64,000 bases of DNA from the NCBI RefSeq assembly GCF_009914755.1, contig NC_060938.1. One strand, 5' to 3'. The notes beneath the pieces were generated by a model. It was not told the origin of the DNA. It did no database searches and worked only from the letters and a program-made list of their open reading frames with translations. Of this stretch, positions 15,601 through 30,600 are shown piece by piece. This DNA is from the human T2T-CHM13v2.0 reference genome, Homo sapiens. Numbering within the stretch: the stretch's first letter is position 1; each line of letters starts with the position of its first letter. Made by a program: the position numbers and the translations under genes.

Positions 15601-18600
15601 CCATTCCACTCCACTCCATTGCACTCCACTACACTCCTTCCATTCAACTCCATCCCATTCCATTCCACTCCATTACACTCCACATCACCCCACACCCCTC
15701 CATTCCACTCCATTCCACTCCACATTACTCCACACCTCTCCACTCCACTCCATTCCATTCCATTCCTTTCTTTCGACAGGATCTCATTCTGTCACCCAGG
15801 CTGGCGTGCAGTGGAACAAACTGAGCTCACATTTCATTTCACCATTCCATTCCATTCCATTCCATTCCATTCCATTCCATTCCATTCCATTGCTTTCCAT
15901 TCCATTCCATACCATTCCATTCCATTCCATTTCATTCCATTCCTTTCCATTCCACTCTATTCCACTCCGATCCACTCCATTCCACTCCACTCCATGCCAT
16001 TCCCTTCCATCCCATTCCAATCCACACCATTCCACTCCATTCCACCCTACTGTACTCAAATTCACTCCACCCCACTCCACTACATGCCATTCCATTCCCT
16101 CCCATTCCATTTCACTCCGTTTCACTCAATTCCACTCCACTCCACTCCAATGCACTACACTCCAATCCACTCCACTCCATTCCATTCCACTCCATTCCAT
16201 TCCACCCCATTCCATTCCAGTCCTTTCTTTCGATGGGATCTCACTGTGTCAAAAAAGGCTGGAACACAGTGGCACAATCTCAGCTCACATTTTATTTCAC
16301 CATTCCATTCCACTCCACTCCATTCCCCTCCACTCCCCTCAACTCCCCTCCATTCCATTCCATTCCATTCCATTCCATTCCATTCCATTCCATTCCATTC
16401 CACTCCACTCCATTCCCCTCCACTCCCCTCCACTCCCCTCCATTCCATTCCATTCCATTCCATTCCATTCCATTCCACTCCACTCCATTCCACTTCAATC
16501 CAGTCAACTCCACTCTACTCCAATTCAATCCACTCCACTCCACTCTATTCCACTCCACTCCATCCCATTCCATTCCACTCCATCCCATTCCTTTCCACTC
16601 CATTACGCTCTATTCCACTCCACTTCACTCCACTCCATTCCATTCCATTCCATTCCATCATACTTCACACACTTACATTCCATTAATTTCTTTCGACAGG
16701 ATCTCACTCTCACACAGGCTGGAGTGCAGTGGCACTATCTCAGCTAACATTTAATTTCACAATTCCATTACATTGCATTCCATTTTATTCCATTCCATTG
16801 CATTCCATTTCATTGCATTCCATTCACTTCCATTCCATCCCATTCCATTCCACTCCTGTGAACTAAACTCCACTGCATTCAATTCCATTACATTCCATTC
16901 CACTCCACTACACTCCTCTGTACTCCTCTCCATTCCATTCCGTCCCATTCCATTCCAGTCCCTTCCACTATACTCCACTCCACCCCACTCCACTCTATTC
17001 CATTCCATTGCATTCCAGTCCTTTCCATTCCATTCCTTTCTTTCAACAGGATTTCACTCTGTCACCCTGCTGGAGTGCAGTGGCACAATCTCAGCTCATA
17101 TTTCATTTCATCATTCCATTCTATTCCATTCCATTCCTTTCCATTCCATTCAATTCCATTCCACTACATTGCATTCCAGTCCACTCCACTCCACTCCACT
17201 TCACTCCACTCCACTCCATTCCATTCCATTCAATTCCACTCCACTGTAGTCCATTCCTCTCCACCCAACTCCACTGAACTCCATTCAATTCCATCCAATT
17301 CCATACCACTCCACTCCTCTCCACAACACTCCACTCCACTACCCTCCACTTCATTCCATTCAATTCCATCCCATTCCATTCCATTTGACTCCACTCCTTT
17401 CCACTCCACTCCACTCCATTCCGTTCCATTCCTTTCCACTCCGTTCCATTCCACTCCACTCCACTCCATTCCATTCCATCCCATTCCACGCCATTCCGTT
17501 CTATTCCTCACATTCGACAGGATGTCACTCTGTCACCCAGTCTGGAGTGCAGTGGCAGAATCTCAGCTTACATTACATTTCACTATTCTATTCCATTCCA
17601 TTACATTCCATTCCACTCCACTTCACTGCACTCCAATCCACTCCATTCCATTCCATTACATTCCACTCCATTCCACACCAGTCCACTCTATTCCACTGCA
17701 CTCCACTCCATTCCATTCCATCCCATTCCATGGCATTCCATTCCACTGCATTTCAATCCACGCCACTCCACTTAATGCAATCCATTCCATTCCACTCCAT
17801 CCCATTCGATTCCACTCCATTCCACTCCACACCACTCCACTCCACTCAGCTCCACTCCAATTCATTTCATTCCATTCCTTTCTTTTGACAGCATGTCACC
17901 CTATCAACCAGACTGGCGGGCATTGGCACAAACTCAGCTCACATCTCATTTCACCACTCCATTCCAATCTATTCCATTGCATTCCATTCCATTGCTTTCC
18001 ACTGCATTCCATTCCATTCCATTCCATTCCACTCCACTCCATTCCACTCTACTCCACTCCAATCCACTCCACTCCACTCCAATCCACTCCCCTCCACCTC
18101 ATTCCATGGTATTCAATTCCATCCCATTCCATTCTACTCCATTCTGCTCTACTCCACTCCAATCCACTCCTCTCTACTCCACTCCATGCCATTCCTTTCC
18201 ATCCCATTCCATTCCACTCCATTCAACTCGACTCCACTCCACTCCACTTCACTCCATTCCATTCCATAAAATTCCACTCCATTCCATAACATTCCTTTCT
18301 TTCCACAGGATCTCACTCTTTCACAAAGGCTGGAGTGCAGTGGCACAATCTCAGCTCAAATTTCTTTTCGCTATTCCATTGCATTCCATTCCATCCAATT
18401 CCATTCCACTCTAGTTCACTCTAGTCAACTCCACTCCATTCCATTTCACTCCATTTCATTCCATTCGACTCCATTTCACTCCAGTCCACTCCACTCCACT
18501 ACCCTCCACTCCACTCCATTCCATTCCATTCAATTTCACTACATTGCATTCTATTCCTTTCTTTCGAAAGGATATCAGTGTGTCACCCAGGCTGGAGTGC

Positions 18601-21600
18601 AGTGGCACAATCTCAATTCACATTACATGTCAACTTTCCATTGCATTGCATTCAATTCCATTCCATTCAATTCAATTCCATTTCATTCCACTTCTTTACA
18701 CACCATTCCACTCCAATCTACGCCACTACATTCCATTATATCCGATTCCATTCCACTCAATTCCACTCCTCTACACTCCACTGCACCCCACTCCACTCCA
18801 CTGCACTCCACTCCATTCCACTCCATCCCATTCCATTCTGCTCCATTCCACTCCATTCCACTCCATTCCACTGAACTCCACTCCACCCGACTCCACTCCA
18901 CACCATTCCATTCCATTCTATCCCTTTCTATTCCTTGCCATTGCACTCCACTCCACTCCACTTCACTCCACTCCACTCCAGTCCATTTCATTCCATTCCA
19001 TTCCATTCCACTGCATTCCATTCCTTTCTTTCGAGACTATCTCTCTCTGTGACACAGCCTGGAGCACAGTGGCACAATCTCAGCTCCCATTTCATTTCTG
19101 CATTCTATTCCATTCCGTTCCATTCTACTCCACTCCACTCCACTCCACTCCAATCCATGCCACTCCACTCCACTCATCTCCATTCCAGTGCACTCCACTC
19201 CTTTCCATTCCATCCCATTCCATTCCACTCTTTCCACTCCAATTCACTCCAATCCATTCCATTAAATTCCACTCCATTCCATTCCATTCCACTCCATTCC
19301 ACTCCATTCCATTCCATTCTTTTCTTTTGACAGGATCTCACTCTGTCACCTAGGCTGGTGTGCAGTGGCACAATAACAGCTCACATTTTATTTCACAATT
19401 CCAATCCATTTCTTTCCATTCCACTGCACTCCACTCCACTCCACTCAATTCCACTCCACTCAACTTCAATCCATTCCATTCCATTCCATTCCATTCGAAT
19501 CCCTTCCATTCCACTTCTTATCTTCGACAGGATCTCCCTCTGTCACATGCTGTAGCTCAGTGGCACAATTTCAGCACGCATTTCTTTTCACCATTCCATT
19601 GCATTCCATTCCATTCCACTCCACTCCCCTCCACTCCTTTCCACTCAACTCCCCTCCATTCCATTCCACACTACTCGACTCCACTCCATTTCATTCCATC
19701 CCATTCCATTCCACTCCTTTCCACTCCACTCCAGTACATGTCTTTCCATTCCCCACCATTCCATTCCGATATTTTCTTTCGACAGTATCTCACCCTGTCA
19801 CCGAGACTGGAGTGCACTGGCACAATCTTAGCTCACATTTCATTTCACCATTCCATTTCATTCCATTCCATTCCATTCCATTCCATTCCATTCCATTCCA
19901 TTCCATTCCATTCCAATCCATTCCATTCCAACCCATTCCATTCCATTTCTTTCCTTTGACAGGATCTCACTGTGTCAAAAAAGGCTGGAATACAGTGGCA
20001 CAATCTCAGCTCACATTTCATTTCACCATTCCGTTCCATTCCATTCCATTCCATTCCACTCCACTCCATTCTCCTCCACTCCACTCCACTCCCCTCCATT
20101 CCATTCCATTCCATTCCATTCCATTCCGTTCCACTCCATTACACTCCACTCCAATCAAATCCACTCCTCTCCACTTCACTCCACTCCACTCCACTCCATT
20201 ATATTCCATCCCATTCCATTTCAATCCATTCCTCTCCACTCCTCTCCAGTCAACTCCATTCCATTCCATTCCATCCCATTCCATTCAACTCCGTTACAAT
20301 CCATTCCACTCCACTCCACTGCAGTCCATTAGATTCCATTCCATTCCATTTCACTCCATTCCATTCCATTCCTAACTTTCTACAAGATCTCACTGTGTCA
20401 TCCAGGCTGGAATGCAGTGGCACTATCTCAGCTCACATTTAATTTCACTATCCATTCCTTTGCATTCCATTGCATTGCATTGCATTGCATTCCATTCCAT
20501 TGTATTTCATTGCATTCCATTGAATTCCATTCCCCTGAATTCCATTGCATTCCATTCCATTGTATTCCTTTCAATTCCATTCCATCCCATTGCATTCCAC
20601 TTCTGTGAACGGCGTTCCACTCCACTCCACTGCATTCCATTCCATTCAATTTCATTCCACTCCACTCCACAGCATTCAATTCCATTCCATTTCATTCCAC
20701 TCCAATCACTCCACTCCACGTCACTCCATTCCATTCCATCCCATTCCTTCCAATTGCATTCCACTATACACCATTCCACTCCATGCCACTCCACTGCACT
20801 CCATTCCATTCCATTCCTCCCCACTCCACTCCACTCAACTCCCCTCCACTCCGCTCCTCTCCATTCCATTCCATTCCATCTCTTTCCATTCCACTCCACT
20901 CTACTCCACTCCGCTCCACTCCATTCCATTCCACTCCATCATATTCCGTTCCGCTCTATTCCACTCCACTCCACTCCATTCCATTCAATTCCATTCCACT
21001 TCATTCCATTCCATTACGTTCTTTCGAGAGGTTCTCACTCTGTCACCCAGGGTGGAGTGTGGTGGTACAATAGCACCTCATATTTCATTTCATCATTGCA
21101 TTAAATTCCATTCCATTCCACTCCAGTCCATTCCACTCCCCTCGACTCCATTCCATTCTACTCCACTCCACTGCACTCCATCCCATTCCTTCCACCCCAC
21201 TCCGTTCCACTCCACTTCATTCCATTCCATTCCATCCCATTCCATTCCACTCCTGTGAACTCCACTCCAGTCCACTGCATTCCATTCCATTCCATTCCAT
21301 TCCATTCCATTCCATTGCGTTCCATTCCATACCATTCCATTCCATACCATTCCATTAAATTCCATTCCATTCCACTCCTGTGAACTCCACTCCACTCCAC
21401 TCCTCTGCATTCCATTCCATTCCATTCCAGTCCACTCCACTCCACTCCATTGCATTTCATCCCATTCCATTCCACTCATTCCACTATACTCCACTCCACT
21501 CAAATACACTCCACTCCTTTCCATTCCATTGCATTCCAGTCCTTTCCATTCCATTCTTTCTTTCAACAGGATTTCACTCTGTCACCCATGCTGGAGTGCA

Positions 21601-24600
21601 GTGGCACAATCTCAACTCATATTTCAATTCATCATTCCATTCTATTCCATTCCATTCCTTTCTATTCCATTCAATTCCATTCCACCACATTCCATTCCAC
21701 TCCACTCCACTCCAACTTCACTCGACTCCACTCCATTCCATTCCATTCAATTTCACTACTCTCTACTCCATTCCTCTCCATCCAATTCCACTCCACTCCA
21801 TTCAATTCCATCCAATTCCATACCACTCCACTCCTCTCCGCAACACTCCACTCCCCTCCACTTCATTCCATTCGATTCCATCCCATTCCATTCCATTCGA
21901 CTCCACTCCTCTCCTCTCTGCTCCACTCCATTCCATTCCGTTCCACTCCACTCCACTCCATTCCATACCATTCCATTCCAGTCCATTCCTTTCCATTCCT
22001 CACATACGACAGGATGTCACTCTGTCACCCAGTCTGGGGTGCAGTGGCAGAATCTCAGCTTACATTTCATTTCACTCTTCCATTCCATTCTATTCCATTC
22101 CATTCCATTCCATTCCATTCCACTCCATTCCTCTGCACTCCACTCCATTCCATTCCATTCCACTCCATTCCACTCCAGTCCACTCTATTAAACTCCCCTA
22201 CACTCCATTCCATTTCATTCCTCCCCACTCCACTACACTCAACTCCCCTCCACTCCACTCCTCCCCATTCCATTCTATTCCATCCCTTTCCATTACACTC
22301 CTCTCCACCCCACTCCGTTCCATTGTTTTAAATCACATTGCATTCCACTCTATTCCACTCCACTCCAGTCCACTCCACTCCACTCCCCTCCATTCCGTTC
22401 CATTGCACTCTATTCCATTCCATTCCATTCCCTTCTTTTGAGAGGATCTCACTCTGTCACCCAGGCTGGAATGTGGTGGCACAATACCACCTCACATTTC
22501 ATTTCACCATTGCGTTCAATTTCATTCCATTCCATTCCATTCCACTCCACTCCATTCCACTCCACTCCACTCCATTCCATTCTACTGCACTCCACTCTAT
22601 CCCATTCCTTTCCCACCCCACTCCGTTCCACTCCACTGCATTCCATTCAATTCCATTCCATCCTATTCCATTCCACTCCCTAACACTCTACTCCACTCCA
22701 TTCCACTCCACTCCAGTACACTAAACTCCATTCCATTCCATCCCATTCCATTACACTCCACCCCACTCCACTCCATGCCATTCCTTTCCCTTCCATTCCA
22801 TTCCATTCCACTCTAATCCATTCCATTCCTTTCATTCGTCAGGATCTCACTCTGTCACCCAGGATGGAGGGCAGTGGCTCAAACTCAGCTCAGATTTCGT
22901 TTCACAATTCTATTCCATTCTATTCCATTTCATTCATTTCCATTCCATTCCATTCCATTCCATTCCATTCCATTCCATTCCGTTCCGTTCCGTTCCATTC
23001 CATTCCATTCCATTCGGGTTGATTCCATTCCATTCCATTTGGGTTGATTCCATTCCATTCCATTCCATTCCAGTCCACTCCTGTGCACTCCACTCCATTC
23101 CACACCATTCCACTCCATTCTATTCCATTCCAATCCATCCCATTCCATTCCACTCCTGTGAACTCCACTCAATTCCATTCCACTGCTTTGCATTCCATTC
23201 TATTCCATTCTATTTCATTCCATTCCATTCCATTCCATTCCACTCCACTCCATTGCATTCTTTCCCATTCCATTCTACTACCTTCCATTCCACTGCACTC
23301 CTCTCCACTCCACTGCATTCCATTCCACTCCTTCCCATCCCTTTCCATTCCACTCCATTCCACTACAAAGCACTCCACTGCATTCTACTCCATGCCATTC
23401 CACTCCATTCCACTACACAGCACTCCACTGCATTCTACTCAATTCCATTCCACTCCATTCTTGTCCAATCCTTTCTGTCGACGGGATATCACTCTGTCAC
23501 CTAGGATGGAGTGTAGTCTCATAATCTCAGCTATAATTTCATTTCACGATTCCCCTCCATTCCATTCCATTCCATTCCATTCCACTCCACTCCACTCCAT
23601 TCCACTCCAATACATTCCATTCAATTAAATTCCATTCAATTCCACTCCACTACACTCCACACCACTCCTCTCAACCCCATTACATTCCACTCCAGCCCAT
23701 TCCATTCCACTCCATTCCACGCGACTCCACTCAAATCCCATCCACTCCACTCCACTCCATTCCTTTCCATTCCTTTCTTTTGACAGGATCTCATTCTGTC
23801 ACCCAGGCTGGCGTGCAGTGCCACAAACTCAGCTCACATTTCATTTCACCATTCCATTCCATTCCATTCCTTTCCATTCCTTTCCATTGTATTCCATTCC
23901 ACTCCATTGCATTCCATTCCATTCCATTCCATTGCAATCCATTCCATTCCATTCCATTCCATTCCATACCACTCCATTCCATTCCATTCCACTCTGCTCC
24001 ACTCCAATCCACTCCACTGAACTCCACTCCATGCCATTCCCTTCCATGCGTTTCCATTCCACTCCATTCCACTCTACTCCACTCAAATTCACTCCATCCC
24101 ACTCCACTACATGCCGCTCCTTTCCATCCCATTCCATTCCACTCCATTCCACTCGAATCCACTCCGCTCCACTCCACTCCAATCCACTTCACTACATTCC
24201 ATTCCACTCCATTCTATTCCATCCCAATCGATTCCATTCCTTTCTTTTGACAGGAACTCACTGTGTCAAAAAAGGCTGGAATACAGTGGCACAATCTCAG
24301 CTCACATTTCATTTCACCATTCCATTCCATTCCATTCCATTCCAATCCACTCCATTCCATTCCATTCCCCTCCACTCCATTCCCCTCCAATCCACTCCAC
24401 TCCCCTCCATTCCATCCCATTCCATTCCATTCCATTCCACTCCACTCTATTCCACTCCATTCCAATCAACTCCACTCAACTCCAATTCACTCCACTCCAC
24501 TGCATTCAATTCCATTCCATCCCTTTCCATTTCACTCCATTCCTCTCCACTCCACTCCACTACATTCCGTTCCACTCCATCCCATTCCATTTCACTCCAT

Positions 24601-27600
24601 TCGACTCCATTCCACTCCATTCAACTCCATTCCATTCCATTCCATTCCATTGCATTCCTTTCCATTCCATTCCATTTCATGTGCTTCCATTCCATTCATT
24701 TCTTTCGACAGGATCTCACTCTGTCACACCGGCTGGAGTGCAGCGACACTATCTTAGCTCACATTTAATTTCACAATTGCATTCCATTGCATTCCATTAC
24801 ATTGCATTCCATTACATTCAATTCCATCCCATCGATTGCATTCCACTCCTGTGAACTCCACTCCACTTCACTGCATTCCATTGCATTCCATTCCATTGCA
24901 TTCCATTCTACTCCATTCCATTCCATTCCTTTCCACTCCACCCCACTCCACTCCACTCCACTCTACTCCACTCCGTTCCATCCCATTCCATTCCACTCCA
25001 TTCCACTATACTCCTCACTACTCCACAGCACTCCATTCCATTCGATTGCATTCAAATCCATTCTATTCCATTCCTTTCTTTCAACAGGATTTCACTCTGT
25101 CACCCATGCTGGAGTGCAGTGGCACAATCTCAGCTCATATTTCATTTCATTTTTCCAATCTATTCCATTCCATTCCTTTCCATTACATTGAATTCTGTTC
25201 CACTACATTCCATTCCACTCCACTCCACTCCACTTCAATCGACTCCACTCCATTCCATTCCATTCAATTCCACTCCACTCTACTCCATTCCTCTCCACCC
25301 CACTCCACTCCAGCCAATTCAATTCCGTCCAATTCCATACCACTCCACTCCTCTCCCCACCACTCCACTCCACTCCCCTCCACTTCATTCTATTCGATTC
25401 CATCCCATTCCTTTTCATTCGACTCCACTCCTCACCACTCCGCTCCACTCCATTCCATTCCATTGCTTTCCACTGCATTCCATTCCACTCCACTCCACTG
25501 CATACCATTCCATTCCATTCCACTCCATTCCGTTCCATTCCTCACATTTGACAGGATGTCAATCTGTCACCCAGTCTGCAGTGCAGTGACAGAATCTCCG
25601 CTTACATTTCATTTCACTATTCCATTCCTCTCCACTCCACTGCACTCCACTCCATTCCGTTACATTACATTCCACTCCTTTCCACTCCAGTCCATTCTAT
25701 TCTACTCCACTCCACTCCATTCCATTCCATCCCTTTACATTCCACTGCATTCCACTCAACACCACTCAACTCACTGCACTCCATTCCATTCCACTCCAAC
25801 CCATTCCATTCCACTCCATTCCACTTCACACCACTGCACTCCACACAGCTCCACTCCACTCCATTCCATTCCATTCCTTTCTTTTGACAGCATCTCAACC
25901 TGTCAAACAGACTGGCAGGCCGTGGCACAAACTCAGCTCACATTTCCTTTCACCACTCCATTCCATTCTATTCCATTGCATTCCATTCCATTCCATTGCA
26001 TTCCACTGCATTCCTTTCCATTCCTTTCCATTCCATTCCATTTCACTCCACTCCATTCCACTCTACTCCACTACAATCCACTCTACTCCACCTCACTCCA
26101 TGACATTCAATTCCATCCCATTCCATTCCACTCCATTCCACTCTACACCACTGCAGTCCACTACTCAGCACTCCACTCCATGCCATTCCTTTCCATCACG
26201 TTCCATTACACTGCATTCCACTAGACTCCACTCCTCTCCACTTCACTCCATTCCATTCCATACAATTCCACTCCATTCCATTCCATTCTTTCCACAGGTT
26301 CTCACTCTGCCACAAAGGCTGGCGTGCAGTGGCACAATCTCAGCTCAAATTTCTTTTCACCATTCTCTTGCATTTCATTCCGTCCCATTCTATTTCACTC
26401 CACTCCCCTCCACTCCCTTCAATTTCACTCCATCCCATTCCGTTCAACTCCATTTCACTCCACTCCACTCCACTGCATTCCACTCCACTCCACTCCACTC
26501 CCTTCCACTCCATTCCTTTCCATTCCATTCCATTTCACTCCGTTGCATTCCATTCCTTTCTTTTGACAAGATATCACTGTGTCACCCAGGATGGAGTGTA
26601 GTGGCACAATCTCAGCTCACATTACATGTCAACTTTCCATTGCATTGCATTCTATTCCATTGCGTTCCAAAACATTCAATTCCATTCCAATTTATTCCAT
26701 TCAATTCCATTCATTTCAATTCCATTCCACTTCGTTCCACTCCACTCCATTCCACTCCACTACATTCCATTACATCCAATTCCATTCCACTCAATTCCAC
26801 TCCTCTCCACTCCACTGCACTCCACTCCATTCCACTCCATTCCACTCCATTCCACTGCACTCCACTCCACCCCACTCCACTCCACTTCATTCCATTCCAT
26901 TCCATGCGATTCCATTCCTCGCCATTCCACTCCACTCCATTTCACTCCACTCCACTCCAGTCCACTCCATTCCATTCCATTCCTTTCTTTCAAGAGTATA
27001 TCACTGTGTGACCCAGCCTGGAGCGTTGTGGCACAATCTCAGCTCACATTTCATTTCTCCATTCCATTCCATTCCACTCCACTCCTTTCCATTCCATTCC
27101 TTTCCATTCCACACCCTTCCACTCCAATCCTCTCCACTCCATTCCATTCCATTCCATTACAATCAATTCCATTCCATTCCTTTCTTTTGACAGGATTTCA
27201 CTCTGTCACCCACGCTGGTGTGCAGTGGCACAATAACAGCTCACATTTCATTTCACCATTCCATTCCATTCCATTCCATTCCATTCCTTTCCATTCCATT
27301 CTATTCCACTTCACTCCACTCCACTCAATTCCACTCCACTCCACTTCAATCCCTTCCGTTCCATTCCATTCCAATGCCTTCAATTCCACTCCTTTCTTTC
27401 GTCAGGATTTCCCTCTGTCACACAGGCTGTAGCGCTGTGGCACAATCTCAGCACACATTTCTTTTCACCATTCCATTGCATTCCATTACATTCCATTCAT
27501 TTCCACTCCATTCTCCTCCACTCCTTTCCACTTGACTCCACTCCATTCCATTCCACTCTTCTCCTATCCAATCCATTTCATACCATCCAATTCCATGCCA

Positions 27601-30600
27601 CTCCTTTCCTCTCCAATCCAATACATTGCATTGCATTCCACTCCATTCCATTCCAATATTTTCTTTCGACAGGATCTCACTGTGTCACCGAGGCTGGAGT
27701 GCAGTGGCACAATCTCAGCTCACATTTCATTTCACCATTCCATTCCATTCCATTCCATTCCATTCCATTACATTCATTCCATTCCATTCCATTCACCTCC
27801 ACTCCTTTCCATTCAACTCCACTGCACTCCACTCTTTTATTCCATTCTTCTGCATTCCATTGCATTCCTTTATTTCGAATGGATCTCACACTGTCATCCA
27901 GACTGGAGTGCAGTGGAAAAATCTTAGCTCACATTTCATTTCTCCATACCATTCCATTCCATTCCACTCCATTCCTCCCCACTCCATTCCATTTCACTCC
28001 AATACACTCCACTCTACTCCACTCCATTCCATTCCATTCCATTCCATTCCATTCCACTCCACTTCATTCCACTCCACTCCACTCCACTCCATTCCATTCC
28101 ACTCCACTCCATTCCGTTCTACCACATTCCATTCCATTCCTTTATTTCGACTAGATCTCACTGTGTAAGCCAGACTGTAGTGCAGTGGCACAATCTTAGC
28201 TCACATTTCATTTCACCATTCCATTCCATTCCATTCCACTCCATTCCATTCCATTCCACTCCATTCCATTCCATTCCATTCCACTCCACTCCAAACCACT
28301 CCACTCCATTCAATTCCATTGCATTCCATTCCATTGCACTCCATTCCATTCCATTCTTTTCCTTTGACAGGATCTCACTGTGTCAAAAATCCTGTAATAC
28401 ATTGGCACAATCTCAGCTCACATTTCTTTCACCATTCCATTGCATTCCATTCCAATTCATTCTATTCCATTCCACCCCACTCCATTCAACTCCACTCCGC
28501 TCCACTCCCCTCCCCTCCATTGCATTCCATTCCAGTCCATTCCATTCCATTCCATTCTATTCCATACCATTCCACTCCACTCCACTCCACTCCACTCCAC
28601 TCCACTTCACTCCACTCCACTCCCCTCCTCTCCTTTCCATTTCATCCCATTCCATTTCACTTCATTCCTCTCCACTCCACTCCGGTCCACTCCATTTGAT
28701 TCCACTCCATCCCATTCAATTCCTCTCCATTCCACTCCATTCCACTCCACTCCATCCCATTCAATTCCTCTCCATTCCACTCCATTCCACTCCACTTCAC
28801 TCCACTCCATTCGATTCCATTTCATTCCGTTTCACTGCATTACATTCCATTCCTTTCTGTCGACAGAATCTCACTATGTCACCCTGGCTGGAGTTCAGTG
28901 GCACTATCTCGGCTCACATTAAATTTCACCATCCATTCCTTTGCATTCTATTGCATTCCATTCCATTTCATTCCATTGCAATCTATTCCTTTCCATTGAA
29001 TTGTATTCCATTCCATTGCATTCAATTCAATTCTATTCTACTTCTGTGAACTCCACTCCTCTCCACTGCATTCCATTCCTTTCAATTCCTTTCCATTCCA
29101 TTCCATTCCATTCCACTGCACTCCACTCCACTCCACTTAATTTCATTCCATTCAATTCCACTCCATTCCTCCATACGCCACCCCACTCCACTGTACTCCA
29201 CTCCACTCCACGCCACTCTACTCCACTCCATTCCATTCCATTCCTCCCCACTCCACTCAAATCTCCTCCACTACACTCCTCCCCATTCCATTCCATTCCA
29301 TCCCTTCCATTCCACTCAATTCTACTCCACTCCACTCCATTCCATGCCACTCCATCACATTCTGTTCCACTCTATTCCACTCCACTCCATCCACTGCATT
29401 CCATTCCATACCGTTCCACTCCATTCCATTCAATTCCTTTCTTTCGAGAAGATCTCACTCTGTCACCAAGACTGGAGTGCAGTAGCACAATAACACCTCA
29501 CATTTCCTTTCACCATTGCATTCAATTTCATTCCATTCCATTCCATTCCACTCCACTCCACTCCATTCCTTTCCATTCTACTCCACTCCACTCCACTCAA
29601 CTCCATCCCATTCCTTTCCACCCACTCCACTCCATTCCATTCCAGTCCACTCCATTCCATTCCATTCCAGTCCCTTCCACTCTACTCAACTCCATTCCAC
29701 TCCTGTCCACTCCATTACACTCCATTTCATTCCATCCCATTGCATTACACTCCATACCACTCCACCCCACTCCATTCTATTCCATTCCATTCCTTTCCAT
29801 TCCATTCATTTCCGTTCCATTCCATTCCATTCCATTGCATTCCACTCCAATCTATTCTATTGCTTTCTTTCGACAGGATCTCACTCTGTCACCCAGGATG
29901 GAGTGCAGAGGCACAATCTCAGCTCAGATTTCATTTCACCATTCTATTCCACTCCATTCCATTCCATTTCATTCCATTCCATTCCATTCCATTCCACTCC
30001 TCTCCATTCCACTCCACTCCATTCCATTCCATTGCATTCCACTCCACTCCACTCCACTCCATTCCATCCCATTCCATTCCACTCCACTCCACTCCATTCC
30101 ATTCCATTCCACTCCCTCCCATCTCATTCCATTCCTGTCCATTCCACTCCACTCCACTCCACTACATTCTACTCCATTCCATTCCACTCCATTCCATTCC
30201 ATTCCTTTCTGTCAACAGGATCTCACTCCATCACCAAGGATGGATTGAAGTGTCATAATCTCAGCTATCATTTGATTTCATGATTCCATTCCGTTCCGTT
30301 CCTTTCCTTTCCATTCCACTCCATTCCATTCCATTCCATCCCTTCCCATTCCACTGCATTCCACTCCACTCCCATGCACTCCTCTTCATTCAATTACATT
30401 CACCTCAATTCCATTCCATTCCAGTACGCTCTATTCCACTCCACTGCACTCCATTCCTCTCCACTCCATTCCATTCCATCCCATTGAATTCCAGTCAATT
30501 CCACTTCACTCCACTCCACAACACTCCTCTCCACTCCTTTACATTCCACTCCACCCCATTGCATTCCACTCCATTCCACTCGACTCCAGTCAAATCCATT

